From the NCBI GenBank assembly GCA_018057705.1, contig JAGPDF010000016.1:5016-69015 (forward strand): a stretch of 64,000 nt of DNA. Direction: 5' to 3'. Source of the DNA: Thermoanaerobaculia bacterium. Lineage in GTDB: Bacteria; Acidobacteriota; Thermoanaerobaculia; Multivoradales; JAGPDF01. A program made the position numbers and the translations under genes. Within the stretch, counting starts at the first letter, position 1; each line of letters begins with the position of its first letter. The notes beneath the pieces are model-generated. The model searched no databases. It worked only from the letters and a program-made list of their open reading frames with translations, and was not told the origin of the DNA. Positions 1 to 9,046 of this stretch are shown one piece after another.

Positions 1-135
1 GGCTGGTTGCCTTCGAAGACCATCGGCTCGAGACCGGCGCGGGCGGCATAGAGCGCCGCTGTCAGACCGGCAGGACCGGATCCGAGGATGGCGACGCGAA
101 AGTGACTGTCTGGGGACGGCGCTGCGTTCGTCATG
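1..135 (-). CDS. trxB: thioredoxin-disulfide reductase-like FAD-dependent oxidoreductase, N-terminal fragment; the gene continues beyond the window start
   Basis: Reverse complement translates [44 protein letters not shown], which is the FAD-binding GxGxxG start typical of TrxB. An AAGGAG Shine-Dalgarno sequence lies about 12 nt upstream of the ATG, which is the complement of 133..135. Confidence 0.55.
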
Positions 136-345
136 CGACCGAAGAGCTCCTTTCAGTGGGATCTACGCGATTCGAGGCTGTCCGGACGCGAGGGGCGCAA
201 CACCAGCAGCGCTGCGGCAACGCCGTCGTGACGCTGCGACTATAACAACGGCGGGGCGGGGTTCATTTCCGGGCAGCCGGGAGGCTGACGCCAGCGGCGG
301 TGGCCCGCCCGTCCGGTCCGGCGCCCGAAAGCAGCACAGCCGGAA

Positions 346-1305
346 TCAGGAGGTCGAGCCCGGACGGAGGAGCTTCTCGGCGAGGCGGACGACGTTACCG
401 GCGCAGCCGACCGTCAGGTTGTCGATCGTCGCCCAGATAAAGAAGGAGTTCCCGCCGGCTTCCTGGATTTCGCCGATGAGCAGCTCTTCTTCGCCGGCAG
501 CCTGCACGGGACCGAGCGCCAGGGGTCGTTTGGCGAGCGCTCCGGCTCCGCTGCGGCCCAGAAGCTTGCGCAGCGCGGCGGCGTCGGTGGGTTGGTCGAG
601 CTCCACGTAGAGGCTCAGGGTCACGGCGTGGAAGACGCCGGCCTGCGCCGTCTGCACCGCGACCCTGTTCTCGAGGCCGAGGGCGACTTCGGTCTGGCGC
701 GCGATCTCCGCGCCCGGGATCGTCGAGGGGAGGAGATTGAAGGCCATCTGGGCCGGGAAATGGACCGGCTTCGCCGGTTTCGCCATCGCCAACAGGGCGC
801 GGCTCTCTTCGAAGAGTGCGTCGATGCCGGCGGTGCCGAGCTCCGAAGCCGGCAACATTGCCGTCGCGACGGCGCGGCGCAGCCCGAAAGCGCGCAGCGG
901 CGCGAGCAGCTGCGTCAGGCCGACGGCGGCGGCGGCCGGCGCGAGGAGGCGGTCCTGCCCCAGCCAGGAGAACTCCTCGACCCCGGCGACTGCGGGTAGG
1001 GCGTCGGCCGTGGTGGCGCCGTGCGAGGCGACGATGGCTCGACCGCCGGGGGGAAGCAGCGCCATCGCCCGGCGGTCGAGCTCGATCTCGCCGCAGAAGA
1101 TGGCGAGATCGACACCCTCGAAGCAGTCCTCTTCGACCCGGGCGACGAAGGCCGCGCCGTCGAGCCCTTCGGTCAGTGTGCCGACCATCGACTCGTCGAG
1201 CGCGAACAGGCGAAGGTCCGTGCAGAGGCCGGGTCGTTGGGCGAGGCGCTCGGCGATCTCCTTGCCTGCCAGCGAAACCGAATGCACCAGCGCGATGCGG
1301 CTCAA
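346..1305 (-). CDS. aspartate-semialdehyde dehydrogenase family protein (Asd/USG-1-like paralog, possibly non-catalytic)
   Basis: The 319 aa product matches short-type Asd along its length, for example QMAFNLLP against QIAFNAIP, and the C-terminal FFIWATIDNLTVGCAGNVVRLAEKLL against [24 protein letters not shown]. The NADP Gly-loop is degenerate (IALVHSVSLAGKE), and the NPNCST catalytic Cys position aligns with APAAAA. The start codon overlaps the pssA stop in an ATGA arrangement. Confidence 0.55.
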   Translation of the reverse strand: MSRIALVHSVSLAGKEIAERLAQRPGLCTDLRLFALDESMVGTLTEGLDGAAFVARVEEDCFEGVDLAIFCGEIELDRRAMALLPPGGRAIVASHGATTADALPAVAGVEEFSWLGQDRLLAPAAAAVGLTQLLAPLRAFGLRRAVATAMLPASELGTAGIDALFEESRALLAMAKPAKPVHFPAQMAFNLLPSTIPGAEIARQTEVALGLENRVAVQTAQAGVFHAVTLSLYVELDQPTDAAALRKLLGRSGAGALAKRPLALGPVQAAGEEELLIGEIQEAGGNSFFIWATIDNLTVGCAGNVVRLAEKLLRPGSTS

Positions 1306-2078
1306 GCGTGACCCTCCGAAACCGGCGGGGATGGCGGCAGGGTCGGTCGTCCGATGCCGAGGCGGCTCAGGAGCCAGAGCACGGGTCCCGAGAGGGCGTA
1401 GGCGAGCGCCATGACCGGCAGGAAGGCCTCCGGATAGAAGGCGAGCAGCAGGATCATCGCCGCGAGCGGGAGCGCCATGCGGTAGCTGTGCGGCTGCCGG
1501 AAGTCGAGCGACTTGAAGCTCCAGTAGCGGAACGTCGAGACCATGAGGCTGCCGAGGAGCCCGAGCGCCACCGCCATGGCGACGAGCAGCCAGCGCCGTC
1601 CGTCGACCTGCGGCATCACCAGGAGGATGCAGGCGATGCCGCCGGCCGCGGCCGGGCAGGGCAGGCCGACGAAGAAGCGCTTGTCGGCGCGCACCGTCTG
1701 CACGTTGAAGCGCGCCAGGCGCGTGGCGCAGCAGACGACGAAGTAGAGCGGCACGAGCCAGCCGAGGCGGCTCCAGATGGACAGCCCCCAGAGGTGGGCC
1801 ACCAGAGCCGGAGTGGCGCCGAAGGTGATGACATCGGCCAGCGAGTCGAACTCGCGGCCGAAGTCGGTCTCGGTGCCGGTCATGCGGGCGATACGGCCGT
1901 CGAGGTTGTCGACGACGCCCGCGATGAGGATGCAGCCCGCCGCCCAGACGAACTGGCCGCGCAGCGCGAGGATGACCGCGAAGAAGCCGAGGAAGATGTT
2001 GCCGATCGTGAAGACGCTGGGCAGGAGGAAGGCGGCCCGCCGCCGGTGGCGCAGCAGGCGAGATTCGCGGTCGCTCAT
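1302..2078 (-). CDS. pssA: CDP-diacylglycerol--serine O-phosphatidyltransferase (CDP-alcohol phosphatidyltransferase family)
   Basis: Carries the motif DNLDGRIARMTGTETDFGREFDSLADVITFG, which is the D(x)2DG(x)2AR...G(x)3D(x)3D signature. The product is a multi-TM protein and its gene sits immediately upstream of psd. Confidence 0.8.
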   Translation of the reverse strand: MSDRESRLLRHRRRAAFLLPSVFTIGNIFLGFFAVILALRGQFVWAAGCILIAGVVDNLDGRIARMTGTETDFGREFDSLADVITFGATPALVAHLWGLSIWSRLGWLVPLYFVVCCATRLARFNVQTVRADKRFFVGLPCPAAAGGIACILLVMPQVDGRRWLLVAMAVALGLLGSLMVSTFRYWSFKSLDFRQPHSYRMALPLAAMILLLAFYPEAFLPVMALAYALSGPVLWLLSRLGIGRPTLPPSPPVSEGHA

Positions 2079-2082
2079 CGTC

Positions 2083-2781
2083 TCATCGCGGGGCGGAGGC
2101 GACCGGCGGGGCTGCCGGAGATGCGGGGGGCGTCGCCGCGCGGGTTCCGGTGCCGCGATCGCTCGCCATCGGCGTCTCGCCGACCCTTACGCGATCGCCC
2201 TTCTTGACCAGGATCTCGTAGGAAGCCGGGACGTAGAGGTCGACCCGCGAGCCGAACTTGATGACGCCCATGAGCTCGCCGCGCTGCACGCGATCGCCCT
2301 TGTCGAGGTAGGAGACCACCCGCCGCGCGATCAGGCCGGCGAGCTGGCGCACGCCGACGCGATCGCCGTTGGGGCGCTCGAAGACGTTGGTGTAGCGCTC
2401 GTTCTTGTCGCCGACGTCGGCGCGGAAGGCGGCGAGCTTCTGGCCTCTGAGCAGGCCGGAAAAGACGACCTCGCCCGCCACCGGGCTGCGCTGCACGTGC
2501 ACGTCGAAGACCGAGAGAAAGGTGACGACACGGCGGTAGGGACCTGGACCGATCTCCGGATCGACGACCTCGTCCACCGCGGTGATGAGTCCGTCTGCTG
2601 GCGCGAGAACGAGACTCTCCGGGCCGTCGAACCGGCGGGTGGGATCGCGGAAGAACAGCAGCACGAGGAGGCTCACGAGCGCCACTGCGATCGCGGCCGT
2701 GCGGCGCTCGAAGTAGAGCAGCGCACCGGCGATCGCGACCAGCGGCAGGACGAATGCCCAGGCCTCCTTGGCGAAACTCAC
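2083..2781 (-). CDS. psd: phosphatidylserine decarboxylase proenzyme (short archaeal/bacterial type)
   Basis: The 232 aa product has an N-terminal TM segment and a C-terminal KFGSRVD self-cleavage (GS) motif, and the gene forms an operon with pssA. Confidence 0.8.
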   Translation of the reverse strand: MSFAKEAWAFVLPLVAIAGALLYFERRTAAIAVALVSLLVLLFFRDPTRRFDGPESLVLAPADGLITAVDEVVDPEIGPGPYRRVVTFLSVFDVHVQRSPVAGEVVFSGLLRGQKLAAFRADVGDKNERYTNVFERPNGDRVGVRQLAGLIARRVVSYLDKGDRVQRGELMGVIKFGSRVDLYVPASYEILVKKGDRVRVGETPMASDRGTGTRAATPPASPAAPPVASAPR

Positions 2782-2824
2782 GCGCGGCCCGCCGGCGGGC
2801 GCAGCGTGGATGGCGATCGCAGGT

Positions 2825-3058
2825 TCAGACCCGGACCTGATTTTCCTGGTGTTCGCGCAGCATGGCCTCCATGCGGTCCTTGAGCGCGAGCTTGTGGATC
2901 TTGAGACGCTTCTCCTCGGCCTCGTCCTCCTGCGACGGAAGGGTCCGCTGGGCGATCTGAACCAGGCGCTCCTCGCACTCGTGATGCTCGGCGTGGAGGA
3001 GCCGGAAGGCCTCGCTGGTGCGCAGGAACTCTTGTCTGAGGGCGTCGGCGTTCGGCAT
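2825..3058 (-). CDS. DUF465 (YdcH-like) small conserved protein
   Basis: The 77 aa product starting MPNADALRQEFLRTSEAFRLLHAEHHECEERLVQIA...LKDRMEAML fits the DUF465 pattern. The start was chosen at the internal ATG, which is preceded by GGAG; the longer ORF 2825..3109 adds 17 residues. Confidence 0.5.
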   Translation of the reverse strand: MPNADALRQEFLRTSEAFRLLHAEHHECEERLVQIAQRTLPSQEDEAEEKRLKIHKLALKDRMEAMLREHQENQVRV

Positions 3059-3123
3059 CGAGACGTACTCCTTTCTCCCGTTGGGAGCGGTCGAGTTCGA
3101 GGATAGCACCCGGCTTTTGCGCC

Positions 3124-3645
3124 CTACAACCGCCGCTCACCGCCGAGGCTGCCGGGCTCGCGGGCGAGGAGCCAGGCGTCGCAGTCGTCGCGGTAGTAGC
3201 GCCTGCGAAGGCCAGCGAGGGCGAAACCGAACCCCTGGTAGAGGGCCTGTGCGGCCAGGTTGTCCGCCCGTACCTCGAGGTGGCAGCGGACGCCGGACCG
3301 GTCCAGCCCGGCCAGGGCGGCGGCCAGGAGGCTCCTGCCGACCTGCCGGCGCCGCCACGCCGGAGCGGTTGCGACCCGCAGGAGCTCGGCCTCGCCTGCG
3401 ACCTCCCGGAAGAGGGCGAAACCGACCGCGTCGCCGGCCGTCGACTCGGCGAGCCAGCCGAGCGCCCCCGGGGCCTCCCAGAAGCGCGCGATCTGGTCGG
3501 GCGTCCAGGGTTCGGCGAAGGCGCCGGCCTCCAGGGCCGCCAGGGTGTCGAGGTCGCGGATCGAAGCGCCACGGATCCGGAGAGGGACCGGTGCCTGCGC
3601 CGCGCGCCCGCCGCGCGGGGCGGCCGATCCGCTCCGGTCGTTCAT
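3124..3645 (-). CDS. rimI: ribosomal-protein-alanine N-acetyltransferase (GNAT)
   Basis: The 173 aa product has a GNAT fold with the RRRQVGRSLL acetyl-CoA motif. It overlaps tsaB by 4 nt in the usual tsaB-rimI arrangement. The 5' part of the 670 aa ORF in the track is antisense to mutS and is an artifact. Confidence 0.75.
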   Translation of the reverse strand: MNDRSGSAAPRGGRAAQAPVPLRIRGASIRDLDTLAALEAGAFAEPWTPDQIARFWEAPGALGWLAESTAGDAVGFALFREVAGEAELLRVATAPAWRRRQVGRSLLAAALAGLDRSGVRCHLEVRADNLAAQALYQGFGFALAGLRRRYYRDDCDAWLLAREPGSLGGERRL

Positions 3646-4322
3646 CGACCCGGATTGCGGGGCGTGAACCCTCGCAGGTAGAGCGGCCGGAGCTCGGCGG
3701 ACACGAGGTCGTCGATCGTGCCGGCGGAAGCGGCCACTGCCACCGCGGCGCAGAGCGCGCTGGCACGGTGGAAGCGGTGGACAGGGGGCTCTGCGAATCG
3801 GGCTGGCAGCGGCTGGGTCGCGTGAGCGGCGAGCAGGGCCCCCGCAGGGGGAGCGATCTGCGCGACAGCCTGCCGCGCGGGTTCTGCGATCGTCACGAGG
3901 CCGCCTTCGCGGCGCTCGAACTCCTGCACGAACCACTCGTCGCGCAGCGCGTCGACGAGCGCCACGACACGCTCGCCGGGCGCCGAGGCGGTCTCTGCCG
4001 CGGAGCTCCCCGCAGCGGCGTCGATGGCCAGGGCGGCGAGATTCGACAGCGCGACGACCGGCACGGCGAGCCCGGCGCGGAATCCGAGCGCGGTAGCGAG
4101 GGCTACGCGGATCCCGGTGAAGCTCCCCGGTCCGCTGAGGACGACGATGCCGTCGAGGTCCGCCGTCGCGATGGCGGCGCGCCGGAGACTGGCGTCGATC
4201 TGGTGCAGGAGCGACGGGCCGGAGCGGCTCTCGCCGGAGCTCTCGGCGAGCCGGGCGCCGTCGCGGGCGACCGCCGCGCTGGTGACCGGAGAGCCGGCGT
4301 CGAAGGCGAGCCAAAGGGACAT
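3642..4322 (-). CDS. tsaB: tRNA threonylcarbamoyladenosine biosynthesis protein TsaB (YeaZ)
   Basis: The 226 aa product begins MSLWLAFDAGSPVTSAAVARDG with the N-terminal actin-like fold motif of TsaB, contains LSGPGSFTGIRV, and lies upstream of rimI. Confidence 0.8.
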   Translation of the reverse strand: MSLWLAFDAGSPVTSAAVARDGARLAESSGESRSGPSLLHQIDASLRRAAIATADLDGIVVLSGPGSFTGIRVALATALGFRAGLAVPVVALSNLAALAIDAAAGSSAAETASAPGERVVALVDALRDEWFVQEFERREGGLVTIAEPARQAVAQIAPPAGALLAAHATQPLPARFAEPPVHRFHRASALCAAVAVAASAGTIDDLVSAELRPLYLRGFTPRNPGR

Positions 4323-4386
4323 GACGACGCAGTCTAGCCCGACCGGTCGCGGCTATACTCATCCGTCCATGCGCCCAGGGGTCGAG

Positions 4387-7023
4387 ATGACGCCGATGCT
4401 CCGGCACTATCTGGAGCTCAAGGCCCAGTATCCGGACGCGATCCTGTTCTATCGCATGGGCGACTTCTACGAGCTCTTCTTCGAAGACGCGCTGAAGGTC
4501 GCGCCGCTGCTCGATCTGACCCTGACCGCGCGCCAGAAGGGCACGCCGAACGAGGCCCCGATGTGCGGCGTGCCGCACCACGCGGTGGCCGGGTACATCG
4601 GCAAGCTCATCCGGCTCGGGCTGAAGGTCGCCGTGTGCGATCAGGTGGAGGACCCGGCGCAGGCCAAGGGGCTGGTACGCCGGGAAGTGACACGCGTCGT
4701 CACTCCGGGGACGATCTCGGAGCTCGCTCTGCTCGAGAGCAAGGAGGAGAACCTCCTCGGCGGGATCGTCTGGCAGACCGGGGCCGGAGGTGCCGGCGCC
4801 TTCCTCGACGTCTCGACAGGGAGCTTCTTCCTGCGCCGCTGGCGCGATCCGCTCGAAGCCGTCGCCGACCTCGAGGTCCTGCGCCCGCGCGAGCTGCTTT
4901 GCGACCCCGAGGAGTTGCCGGCCGAGATCGGGGCCTGGGCGGAGCGCGATGTCGCCTGCCGGACGGCCCTCGAAGGCGTCCTCGAATCGCCGGCGAAGGC
5001 GTCGGAGCGGCTCGCCCGCCAGTTCGGGGTCGGTACGCTGCGCGGCTTCGGCCTCGAGGACGGCGAGCCCGGGGTGCGTGCGGCGGCGGCGGTCCTCGCC
5101 TATGCCCAGTCCACCCAGCGCAGCCGGCTCGATCACGTCACCGAGATCCGTCTACGGGCGGCGTCCGATCGGCTGGTCCTCGACGCCACGACGCTCGCCA
5201 ACCTCGAAGTCTTGCGCACGCAGCGCGACGCCGAGCGCGGCAGCTCGCTGCTCACCGTGCTCGATCGCACGGTCACGGCTCCGGGTGGCCGCCTGCTGCG
5301 AGACTGGCTGCGGCGCCCCCTGCGCGAGCTGCCGGAGATCGCCGACCGGCACGACGGCGTCGCCGCCTTCGGCTCCGATCCGTCCCTGCTGGCCCGCCTG
5401 CGGAGCTCGCTCTCGCGTATCGCCGATCTCGAGCGCCTGGCGACCCGCGCCGTCGTCGGTTCGCTCACGCCGCGCGAGGCCGCTCTGCTGCGCGACACGC
5501 TGATCGCGGTGCCAGCGCTCTTCGCGGAGCTCGAGGGGCTCCCCAGCCGCCTGCTCGCCGCTGCGGCCGCCGTCGATCCGATCGCCGATCTGTGCGCCGG
5601 CCTCAAGCAGGGACTCGAAGAGGAGCCGGCGGGGAGTCTCGACGACGGCAGGGTCATCGCCGCCGGCGTGGACGCCGAGCTCGATCAGTATCGCTCCCTC
5701 GCCGCGGACGCCAAGCGCCACATCCTGGAGCTCGAGGAGCGCGAGCGCAAGCGCACCGGAATCTCCTCCCTGAAGGTGCGCTACAACCGTGTCTTCGGTT
5801 ACTCGATCGAGATCACGCGAGCGAATCAGGCGGCGGTGCCCGCCGACTATGTGCGCCGGCAGACGCTCGCCAACGCCGAGCGCTATGTGACTCCGGAGGT
5901 GCAGGAGCTCGAGGAGCGGATTCTCCACGCCGAAGAGCGGCGGCTGGCGATCGAACGCCGGCTCTACGCCGGGTTGGTTGCCGGCATCGCCGGCAATGCG
6001 ACCCGGCTGCAGAAGCTGGGACAGGCGGTCGCGTCGGTGGACACCCTGGCGGCGCTCGCCGAGGTCGCGGCGCGGCGCGGTTACGTGCGGCCGCAGATGC
6101 TGGCGGCCGGGAGCGGTCTCGCGATCGCGGACGGCCGCCATCCGGTGCTCGAAGTGGCCCTGGGCGAGAGCTTCGTCCCCAACGACCTCGAGCTCGATCC
6201 CGGGAGCTCGCAGATCGTCCTGCTGACCGGACCGAACATGGGGGGCAAGTCGACCTACCTGCGGCAGTCGGCTCTCCTCGTGCTGATGGCCCAGGCGGGC
6301 AGCTTCGTGCCGGCCCGGCGCGCGGCGATCGGCGTGGTGGACCGGATCTTCTCGCGAGTCGGCGCATCGGACGATCTGGCGCGCGGCGAGTCGACCTTCA
6401 TGGTCGAGATGATCGAAACCTCGAACATCCTGCGCTTCGCCACGCCGCACAGTCTCGTGATCCTCGACGAAGTCGGGCGGGGGACCGCGACCTTCGACGG
6501 CCTCTCGCTCGCCTGGGCGATCGTCGAGCACCTGCACGAAAGCGTGCGCCCTCTCACCCTTTTCGCCACCCACTACCACGAGCTCACCGAGCTCGCCGAG
6601 CTTCTGCCCCGGGTGGTGAATCGCACCATGGCGGTGAAGGAGTGGGAAGACCGCATCGTCTTCCTGCGCCGCGTTGCTCCGGGGAGCGCCGACAAGTCCT
6701 ACGGCATTCACGTCGCGAAGCTCGCCGGCCTGCCGGAGGGGGTGGTGAAGCGCGCCCAGCAGGTGCTCGCCAATCTCGAGGCGAAGGAGTTCGATCCCGA
6801 GGGGCGACCGCGTCTGGCGCACGGCGAGATGCCGGCCGACCGCAAGGTCGCCCAGCTGCCGCTGTTCTCGCCGCCATCTCCGCCATCTCCCGCCGCTTCC
6901 GCGCCTGCGGTCGCCCCGGCGGCCGAACTCGTCGCCGGCATCCTGCGCGAGCTCGAGGTCGAGCGCCTCACGCCGCTCGCCGCCCTCAACCTTCTCGCCA
7001 GCCTGAAGGAGCGTCTCAAGTGA
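4387..7023 (+). CDS. mutS: DNA mismatch repair protein MutS
   Basis: The N-terminus is TPMLRHYLELKAQYPDAILFYRMGDFYELFFEDA. The protein has the Walker A motif GPNMGGKST and the C-terminal DELGRGT motif, and is 878 aa from the ATG preceded by AGGGGT. The track ORF starts earlier but would overlap the tsaB start. Confidence 0.9.
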   Translation: MTPMLRHYLELKAQYPDAILFYRMGDFYELFFEDALKVAPLLDLTLTARQKGTPNEAPMCGVPHHAVAGYIGKLIRLGLKVAVCDQVEDPAQAKGLVRREVTRVVTPGTISELALLESKEENLLGGIVWQTGAGGAGAFLDVSTGSFFLRRWRDPLEAVADLEVLRPRELLCDPEELPAEIGAWAERDVACRTALEGVLESPAKASERLARQFGVGTLRGFGLEDGEPGVRAAAAVLAYAQSTQRSRLDHVTEIRLRAASDRLVLDATTLANLEVLRTQRDAERGSSLLTVLDRTVTAPGGRLLRDWLRRPLRELPEIADRHDGVAAFGSDPSLLARLRSSLSRIADLERLATRAVVGSLTPREAALLRDTLIAVPALFAELEGLPSRLLAAAAAVDPIADLCAGLKQGLEEEPAGSLDDGRVIAAGVDAELDQYRSLAADAKRHILELEERERKRTGISSLKVRYNRVFGYSIEITRANQAAVPADYVRRQTLANAERYVTPEVQELEERILHAEERRLAIERRLYAGLVAGIAGNATRLQKLGQAVASVDTLAALAEVAARRGYVRPQMLAAGSGLAIADGRHPVLEVALGESFVPNDLELDPGSSQIVLLTGPNMGGKSTYLRQSALLVLMAQAGSFVPARRAAIGVVDRIFSRVGASDDLARGESTFMVEMIETSNILRFATPHSLVILDEVGRGTATFDGLSLAWAIVEHLHESVRPLTLFATHYHELTELAELLPRVVNRTMAVKEWEDRIVFLRRVAPGSADKSYGIHVAKLAGLPEGVVKRAQQVLANLEAKEFDPEGRPRLAHGEMPADRKVAQLPLFSPPSPPSPAASAPAVAPAAELVAGILRELEVERLTPLAALNLLASLKERLK

Positions 7024-8072
7024 ACGGCGGCAGCGTCCTCTTCCTGGGCGTCGAAGGGCTGGCACTCGCCGCCGCCGAACGCCGGATCCTGCGGCGCGTG
7101 CAACCGGCGGGAATCGTGCTCGTCACCCGCAACATCGGCCGCGCGGAAGAGCTGCGCGACCTGGTGGGGGAGTTGCGCGCCGCTGTGCCGCAGGCAATCC
7201 TCTGTCTCGACGCCGAAGGTGGACGGGTCGATCGCCTGCGCGGCGTCGTCGCTCCCGCTCCGGCGGCCTCGGCGCTCGCTCACTGCCGACCGGCGACCGC
7301 CAGACGCGCCGGCCGGCTGCTCGGCGAGGCTCTCCGCCAGTTCGACTTCGACCTCGACTTCGCTCCCGTGGCGGACCTCGATTACGGCATCGCCGGCAAC
7401 GCCCTCGACGAGCGCACCTTCGGGAGCACGCCGCGTCCGGTCATCGCGCGGGCGAAGGCAGTCCTCCAGGGCCTGCACGAAGCCGGCGTCGGCGGCTGCA
7501 TCAAGCACTTTCCGGGCCTCGGGCGAGCGACTGCCGACACCCATCTCTCGGGGGCCCACATCCGTGCGACGCGAGCCGACCTCGCGCGGGATCTGACCCC
7601 CTTTACCGAGCTTTTTTCAGGCGCCGAGTCGGCGATGGTCGGGCACGCCATCTACCCGGGATGGGATGTCGAGGTCCGGCCGGCAAGCCTCAGCCCGGCG
7701 ATCGCGACGACGCTGCTCCGAAACCGAGCGGGCTTCCGCGGCGCACTGTTCAGCGACGATCTGGAGATGGGGGCTCTCGCCGAGTTCGGCTCGCTGCCGG
7801 AGCTGGGCGAACGGGCTCTCAGGGCCGGGTGTGACGGGCTGCTCTTCTGTCGCCGGGTGGAGGAGGCGCCGGCGATCGCCGCGGCGCTGGGCCGGCGGGC
7901 GCTGCGTCCGCGGCTCGACGAGGCGCAGCGCCGGCTGGCGCGTCTGCGCTCGCGGCTCGCTGTATGGAAGAAGAAGGCGCCGGCGGCGCCGGGCCTCGCC
8001 CAGCTGCGCCGCCGGTTCGAGAGCCTGGCCGCCGACGTCGCGCGCCGGCAGCCGGGTCCCGGCCTGCGTTAG
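7020..8072 (+). CDS. nagZ: beta-N-acetylhexosaminidase (GH3, NagZ-like)
   Basis: The product contains the GH3 motifs KHFPGLG and AMVGHA, and the GTG start overlaps the mutS stop. The first 2.4 kb of track ORF 4563..8072 is an Arg-rich off-frame artifact. Confidence 0.7.
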   Translation: MNGGSVLFLGVEGLALAAAERRILRRVQPAGIVLVTRNIGRAEELRDLVGELRAAVPQAILCLDAEGGRVDRLRGVVAPAPAASALAHCRPATARRAGRLLGEALRQFDFDLDFAPVADLDYGIAGNALDERTFGSTPRPVIARAKAVLQGLHEAGVGGCIKHFPGLGRATADTHLSGAHIRATRADLARDLTPFTELFSGAESAMVGHAIYPGWDVEVRPASLSPAIATTLLRNRAGFRGALFSDDLEMGALAEFGSLPELGERALRAGCDGLLFCRRVEEAPAIAAALGRRALRPRLDEAQRRLARLRSRLAVWKKKAPAAPGLAQLRRRFESLAADVARRQPGPGLR

Positions 8073-8506
8073 AACGGGATGTCGTCGTCCTGGAAGTCGC
8101 CGGGACCGCCGTCATGCCCGCCGCCCGCAGGGGCGCTCCCGCCGGCGTCCCGGCCGCCGCCGCCGCCACTGTCACCCTTGGAGCCGAGCATCTGGAAATT
8201 CTCGCAGATGATCTCGGTCTTGTAGATCTTCTTGCCTTCGCGCTCCTTGTCGTCCCAGGACCGGGTCTGGATACGGCCTTCGACGAAGACCATCTTGCCC
8301 TTGGTCAGGTACTGGCCGGCGATCTCCGCCTGCTTGCCGTAGACGACGATGTTGTGCCACTCGGTCTCGTCCTTGCGGTTGCCGTCCCTGTCCTTGTAGC
8401 GGCGCGACGTGGCGAGCGAGAAACTGGCCACCTGCTGGCCGCCCGGCAGTGCACGCATCTCGGGGTCGCGCCCCAGATTTCCTACCAGCATCACTTTGTT
8501 GACCAT
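8069..8506 (-). CDS. ssb: single-stranded DNA-binding protein
   Basis: The 145 aa product begins MVNKVMLVGNLGRDPEMRALPGGQQVASFSLATSRRYKDRDGN, has a Gly-rich tail and ends in the acidic DDDIPF. It is the ATG-initiated part of the 303 aa ORF. Confidence 0.9.
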   Translation of the reverse strand: MVNKVMLVGNLGRDPEMRALPGGQQVASFSLATSRRYKDRDGNRKDETEWHNIVVYGKQAEIAGQYLTKGKMVFVEGRIQTRSWDDKEREGKKIYKTEIICENFQMLGSKGDSGGGGGRDAGGSAPAGGGHDGGPGDFQDDDIPF

Positions 8507-8596
8507 GGTTGTGCTCCCTCTCGGCGTGGCCGGGACGGTATCATACGCATCGCGGTCACTCACCGAATTCCTTTCTACCGAGATAGGACGTATTTC

Positions 8597-9034
8597 GTGC
8601 GTATCGTCTTGCAACGCGTCAGCCGGGCAGCCGTCGTCGTCGACGGCCGCGAGGTCGCGAGCATCGGCGCCGGCTGCCTGCTTCTCGTCTGCGTCGCGCG
8701 CGGCGATGATGCTGCCGTCGCCTCCCGGGCGGCACGCAAGATCGCCGGCCTGCGACTCTTCGAGGATGCGGCCGGCAGGATGAACCTCGACCTCGCCGGA
8801 GTCGGCGGTGCCCTCCTGGTGGTCTCGCAGTTCACCCTGCTCGCCGACGTCTCGCGGGGCCGCCGGCCGTCCTTCGAGGGCGCGGCACCGGGCGACGTGG
8901 CCGAGCCGCTGGTCGAGCTCTTCGTCGGTGCCCTGCGGGAGGCCGGTTTCGCCGTCGCGACCGGGCGCTTTGGCGCGCACATGCAGGTCGAGCTCGTGAA
9001 CGACGGTCCGGTGACGCTGGTGCTCGACTTCTGA
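8597..9034 (+). CDS. dtd: D-aminoacyl-tRNA deacylase
   Basis: The product begins VRIVLQRVSRAAVVVDGREVASIGAGCLLLVCVARGDD and contains the SQFTLLAD motif. It is 145 aa from a GTG start. Confidence 0.8.
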   Translation: MRIVLQRVSRAAVVVDGREVASIGAGCLLLVCVARGDDAAVASRAARKIAGLRLFEDAAGRMNLDLAGVGGALLVVSQFTLLADVSRGRRPSFEGAAPGDVAEPLVELFVGALREAGFAVATGRFGAHMQVELVNDGPVTLVLDF

Positions 9035-9046
9035 GCCCGGGCTAGA

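Noticed and set aside
816-2207. A 463 aa Arg/Pro-rich ORF on the plus strand, together with other long Arg-rich ORFs such as 737..1414.
   Set aside because: These ORFs are antisense to or off-frame with pssA, psd and the asd-like gene. They show the codon bias and RRRR composition typical of wrong-frame reading in 70% GC DNA, and they have no RBS.
3646-5136. N-terminal 500 aa extension of the rimI ORF (3124..5136, minus strand).
   Set aside because: The extension is antisense to mutS and tsaB. The RimI homology starts at the internal ATG at 3645.
4563-7019. The 5' 2.4 kb of the 1169 aa ORF 4563..8072.
   Set aside because: Only the last ~350 codons, from GTG 7020, encode a recognizable protein (NagZ). 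The upstream part is the +1 frame of mutS with Arg/Pro/Gly junk.
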